From assembly GCA_046351535.1 (NCBI GenBank), contig JAXLYG010000023.1, positions 128,001-185,138 on the forward strand: a DNA stretch of 57,138 nucleotides, read 5' to 3'. The notes under the pieces were generated by a model, which was not told the DNA's origin, made no database searches, and saw only the letters and a list, made by a program, of their open reading frames with translations. Both the position numbers and the translations under genes were made by a program. This document shows, piece by piece, positions 53,708-57,138 of the stretch. Source of the DNA: Polyangiales bacterium (GTDB lineage Bacteria > Myxococcota_A > Polyangia > Polyangiales > Ga0077539). The first letter of the stretch is position 1; every line of letters starts with the position of its first letter.

Positions 53708-54187
53708 ATGACCGCGACGGAGGCTCCCATGCTCGCGATCGCGCGCGCCGTGGCTCACACCTCGGGCGCGGCGGCGATGCGACGCGCGTGGCCCCTCGCG
53801 CTCGGCCTCGGCGTGGTGGGCGCGGTGCTCTTCGGCCCCAACGGACTCTCGGCGCGAGACCTCACGCTGCCCGCGCGTCACAGCCCGCTCCTCCGCGCGG
53901 TCCTGTGGAGCGCGTGGATGCTCGCGTCGTTGCCCTTCGCGCGCGCGCTCCTCGGCGACCGCTCGCTGCGCCTGGTGCTCTCGCAGCCCGTGTCTCGCCC
54001 GCGCCTCGCGGCGGTGCTCTCGGCCTGGCTCGTCGTGGGCCACGCGCCGTGGATCGCGTTTCGCGCGCGCGGCGAGGGCCTCCGCGACGCGCTCGCCTCG
54101 GCCCTCGTCGGCGTCGTGGGGGCTGGACTGGCCGCCCGCCCCCGCCGTCGCCCGCTGCGCCTCGCGTCGACGCTGCTTTCGCGGTGA
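53708..54187 (+). CDS. hypothetical membrane protein (possible ABC-associated permease component)
   Basis: 159 aa with 3-4 hydrophobic helices. Stop overlaps the GTG of the next membrane gene (GTGA). Confidence 0.4.
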   Translation: MTATEAPMLAIARAVAHTSGAAAMRRAWPLALGLGVVGAVLFGPNGLSARDLTLPARHSPLLRAVLWSAWMLASLPFARALLGDRSLRLVLSQPVSRPRLAAVLSAWLVVGHAPWIAFRARGEGLRDALASALVGVVGAGLAARPRRRPLRLASTLLSR

Positions 54188-54939
54188 CGCTCGTGATGAC
54201 GCCGGAGCCGTGGGCGCTCGCGGCCGTCGCGGCGCTCGTCGGGGCCGTGTTGATCCCCGCGGCGATGGCCGCGCTCGGCGCGCCGACGGCGCTCGAACGA
54301 TCGACGAAATCGCTGCCAGAGAAGCCGTTTTCGGCGCTCGTCGCGGTGCACGCGAGGCTCCTCGCGCGCACGTCGTCGTGGCCGCTCGCGCGGCAGGCGG
54401 CGCTCGTCTGCGCGGGCGCGGCGCTCATCGTCCCGACGCTTCGAAACAACCCCCACGAGGCCACGGAGGCGCGCATCCGACTCGCGCTCGCGTGCGTCAC
54501 GCTCCCGATGGCGACCTTCGGCGCGGCGCTCTCTGACGCCTTCGATCGCACCGACCGCGCGCTCCGCGCGAGGCTCACCGCAGAGGCCGTCGCGCCCTCG
54601 ACGCGCGCGGGCGTGGCGCTGGCGGTGACCTGCCTCCCGACGGCGGCGATCGGGGCCTTGCTCGTGACCGTCGCGACGACGTATTCGGGCGCGCGTGACG
54701 CGCTCACGCTCGGGGCGTCGGCGTCGTTGTGGGGCGCGGGTCTCGCGGCCTCGTCGCTCGTCGCGTCGAGGCGCGTCGAGGGCGCCGACGTGTTGAAGGG
54801 CGCCGGCCGTACGGCGTTGGTGGTGGCGGCCGCGTTCGGACTCCTTCTGGGCGCGGGGCCGCTGGCGCTCGCCGCGCCGATGCTCGCGCTGATGTTCGCG
54901 GCGCGCGCCGAATTCGTGGAGGCTGCGCGATGCGCTTGA
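54184..54939 (+). CDS. hypothetical polytopic membrane protein (possible ABC-associated permease component)
   Basis: 251 aa, about 6 hydrophobic helices. Its 3' end overlaps the ABC ATPase start by 10 nt. Confidence 0.4.
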   Translation: MTLVMTPEPWALAAVAALVGAVLIPAAMAALGAPTALERSTKSLPEKPFSALVAVHARLLARTSSWPLARQAALVCAGAALIVPTLRNNPHEATEARIRLALACVTLPMATFGAALSDAFDRTDRALRARLTAEAVAPSTRAGVALAVTCLPTAAIGALLVTVATTYSGARDALTLGASASLWGAGLAASSLVASRRVEGADVLKGAGRTALVVAAAFGLLLGAGPLALAAPMLALMFAARAEFVEAARCA

Positions 54940-55544
54940 AGGTCACCGGGCTCGGGCTCTCGCTCGGCGGGCGACGCGTGCTCGACGGGGTCGACCTCGC
55001 GCTCGACGCGGGCGTCGTGGCGCTGCGCGGCGACAACGGGAGCGGCAAGACGACGCTCCTCAACGCGCTGGCGGGCCTTGTTTCATGGGACGACGGCGAG
55101 ATCGAGATCGTCGGACGCTCGCTCGCACGCGACCGCGTCGCGCTCCGTTCGGTCGGTTGGGTGCCTGAGCGCAGCGACGCGCCCGACGCGCTCACGGGCC
55201 GCGAGGTGGTCGAACTCGTGGCCGCGCTGCGCAGCCGCGAAGCTGGCGAGGCCGAGATCGATCGCTTCGGGCTCCGCGACGTGTACGACGTGCGACGCGA
55301 CGCGGTCTCGCTCGGTCAGCGCCGGCGCGCGGACCTCCTCGCGGCCTTCGTGGGATCGCCGCCGGTGCTCCTCCTCGACGAGCCCACCAACGGCCTCGAC
55401 GCCGCGACGACGCGGTGGCTCGCGGAACGGCTTCGCGCGCACGCCGACGGCGGCGGACTCGCGCTCGTCGCCACGCACGACGCGGCCTTCGTCGAGGCCT
55501 GCGCCGACCGATCGCTCCGGATGCGCGCGGGGCGCGTCTCGTAG
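54930..55544 (+). CDS. ABC transporter ATP-binding protein (short, CcmA-like)
   Basis: Walker A GDNGSGKTT, Q-loop, signature LSLGQRRR, Walker B VLLLDEPT, H-loop ATHD. 204 aa. Confidence 0.75.
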   Translation: MRLKVTGLGLSLGGRRVLDGVDLALDAGVVALRGDNGSGKTTLLNALAGLVSWDDGEIEIVGRSLARDRVALRSVGWVPERSDAPDALTGREVVELVAALRSREAGEAEIDRFGLRDVYDVRRDAVSLGQRRRADLLAAFVGSPPVLLLDEPTNGLDAATTRWLAERLRAHADGGGLALVATHDAAFVEACADRSLRMRAGRVS

Positions 55545-55573
55545 CGCGCCGCGAGGAGCGATATCATCGCGCG

Positions 55574-55846
55574 ATGAGCGCCACCTGCCCCACCTGCGGA
55601 CCTCGCCAGGACTCGGACCTCGAGCCGCTGCCCTTCAGACCTGCGTACTTCGCGCTGCTCAAGGACTGGCGCACCTGGGCCGCCGCGATCGCGATGATGG
55701 CGTTCAGCGGCCTGCTCGTGGGCGTGCTCCGCCTGCCGAGCGCATCGGCGGGCGCGGGCGGAGGTGTAGCGATCGCGTTCTACATGATGTCTCGCCTGGG
55801 TCGCGTGAGGCGCTGCCGCACGTGCGGCGCGACGATTCAAGCCTGA
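55574..55846 (+). CDS. small zinc-ribbon membrane protein (90 aa)
   Basis: Internal ATG at 55574. CPTC...CRTC pairs flank one TM segment (AAIAMMAFSGLLVGVL). The upstream part of the ORF is Arg-rich shadow. Confidence 0.4.
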   Translation: MSATCPTCGPRQDSDLEPLPFRPAYFALLKDWRTWAAAIAMMAFSGLLVGVLRLPSASAGAGGGVAIAFYMMSRLGRVRRCRTCGATIQA

Positions 55847-56388
55847 TGCGCTCACCCCTCGACGAGGGAACACAGTGGCGCTGGCCGCTCGCGCGGAGGC
55901 TTCACCCGGTGCCGGCGTCGCCCTCACAGGGCGCGTTCGGGGCCCTTCGCCGTCACGACGTTCACACGGGGGTCGACCTCTACGCGGAGCCCGGCGACGC
56001 GGTGTTCGCCGTCGAGGCGGGCGTCGTCGTGGCGATCGAAGAATTCACCGGCGCGCGCGCGGGTTCGCCGTGGTGGCACGACACGCTCGCGGTGCTGATC
56101 GAGGGCCCGAGCGGCGTGGTGCTCTACGGCGAGCTCGCCCCTGCGGTGGCCGTCGGCGCGCGCGTGGAGCGCGGCGACCTCGTGGGCCGCGTGCTCACAG
56201 TGCTCAAACACAACAAGGGGCTCCCGATGACGATGCTGCACCTCGAGCTCTACGAGCCGGGGACGCGCGCCTCGGTGTGGTGGCACCACGACGCGCCGAA
56301 ACCCTCCGGGCTCCGAGATCCTTCGGACTCGCTCCGAGCGGCGACCGACGCGGACATGGAGCTTCGCGCGCCCGACCGGGTACGGTAG
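55846..56388 (+). CDS. M23/LytM-like metallopeptidase domain protein (small)
   Basis: ATG overlaps the previous stop. HTGVDLYAEPGDAVFAVEAGVV (HxxxD) and MLHLELYE (HxH-like) resemble an M23 fold. The assignment is tentative. Confidence 0.4.
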   Translation: MRSPLDEGTQWRWPLARRLHPVPASPSQGAFGALRRHDVHTGVDLYAEPGDAVFAVEAGVVVAIEEFTGARAGSPWWHDTLAVLIEGPSGVVLYGELAPAVAVGARVERGDLVGRVLTVLKHNKGLPMTMLHLELYEPGTRASVWWHHDAPKPSGLRDPSDSLRAATDADMELRAPDRVR

Positions 56389-56398
56389 AACCGATCGG

Positions 56399-57055
56399 GT
56401 GACGACACCCCGCACGCGCTTCGCGACCGCTCTCTGTGCGCTGCTCTCGGCCTGCGGCGACGACGCGACGACGCCAACGCCTCCGACGCCGACGGTGACC
56501 CCGCCGACGGAGCAGCCGTCGCGGGTGAGCGTGCGCTTCGAGCTCTCGGGCGGATCGGGCTTCGCCGTGACGCGCGGCCGGTCGTGCAGGACCTTCGAAA
56601 TCGAACGGGTCACCGACGGAGGCTTCGAACGGGTCCCCCTCGATCTGGGTGCGAGCTGCGTGTGCGAGTGCTCGCCGCCGGGCGCGCCCTCGTCGATCGA
56701 GCTCGCGCCGGTGAGCGTCGCGACGCGGGTGATCCCGTGGGACGGTCGGCAGATGGTGTCGGTGACGCGCACGATCGACTGCTCGACGCGGTCGTTCACG
56801 GTCCACGGACGGGCGACGGAGATCGTCGGCGCGCTCCAGCCCCTCCCCGCGGGGCGGTACCGGGTGAGCGTCGCGGTGGTCGACGCGGCGCCGAGCGGTT
56901 GCCAGAAGCTCATGGAGGGCTACTGGTGTCCGCCCTCGAACGCGACGGCGACGATCCCCGCGGGGTCCTACGCGCTGTGTCCCGGCAGGCGCGTGTCGAC
57001 AGAGTTCGACCTGCCGAGCGAGGGCGCGGTCACGGTCCCCGTCGCGATCCGCTGA
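56399..57055 (+). CDS. hypothetical lipoprotein
   Basis: GTG start. LCALLSACGDD lipobox. TPTPPTPTVTPPT linker. Cys-containing beta-rich domain. Confidence 0.45.
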   Translation: MTTPRTRFATALCALLSACGDDATTPTPPTPTVTPPTEQPSRVSVRFELSGGSGFAVTRGRSCRTFEIERVTDGGFERVPLDLGASCVCECSPPGAPSSIELAPVSVATRVIPWDGRQMVSVTRTIDCSTRSFTVHGRATEIVGALQPLPAGRYRVSVAVVDAAPSGCQKLMEGYWCPPSNATATIPAGSYALCPGRRVSTEFDLPSEGAVTVPVAIR

Positions 57056-57138
57056 GGGGAGCGCGCCCTGTCGGTGACCAGGACTCGCGAGCGCGAGCCG
57101 TCACTGCGGACTTCGAAAAGCGAGAAGCCCCGCATGGC

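Noticed and set aside
1-57138. Mobile elements, prophage, defence islands
   Set aside because: No transposase, integrase, recombinase, tRNA, terminal inverted repeats or low-GC island were seen. GC content is uniformly high across the window.

Overview
This is a 57.1-kb window from a very GC-rich chromosome (about 70% or more by eye), almost fully coding, with 54 supported CDS and no rRNA, tRNA, CRISPR array, transposase or integrase that I could see. Several hallmarks (Myxococcus-type cysteine-rich repeats, MopE-like CxDxDNDCD motifs, DUF4388 response regulator, MglB-like roadblock protein, many lipoproteins) suggest Myxococcota; this is inference. Every protein-family, domain and motif assignment below was made by eye, without HMM searches. 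The main blocks are: (1) a periplasmic Mo-bisPGD oxidoreductase cluster with cytochrome c, catalytic subunit, 4-cluster ferredoxin and TorD-like chaperone but no membrane anchor subunit; (2) a tight six-gene minus-strand signalling operon: PAS histidine kinase, roadblock/LC7, MBL-fold protein, receiver-DUF4388 regulator, OmpA-like protein and a TM coiled-coil protein with a roadblock-like C-terminus; this is my best candidate for the undescribed system; (3) secreted lipoproteins with tandem repeats (vWA, DUF3604, GH5); (4) a DUF3604/parvulin-like/HupE operon; (5) a kdpFABC locus with a porin, a stand-alone KdpD N-terminal/USP protein, an orphan receiver, a sigma-54 (GAFTGA) activator and a HAMP histidine kinase, with no OmpR-type KdpE, plus an extra micro-ORF before kdpF; (6) accessory genes: alkylsulfatase-like MBL, ECF sigma factor, MAPEG, multicopper oxidase coupled to an AlkD-like protein, GMC oxidoreductase, and a protein made of about 19 cysteine-rich 27-aa modules with near-identical 81-bp DNA repeats; (7) small membrane, lipoprotein and ABC-ATPase genes. 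The many very long arginine-rich ORFs in alternative frames are treated as high-GC shadow ORFs.
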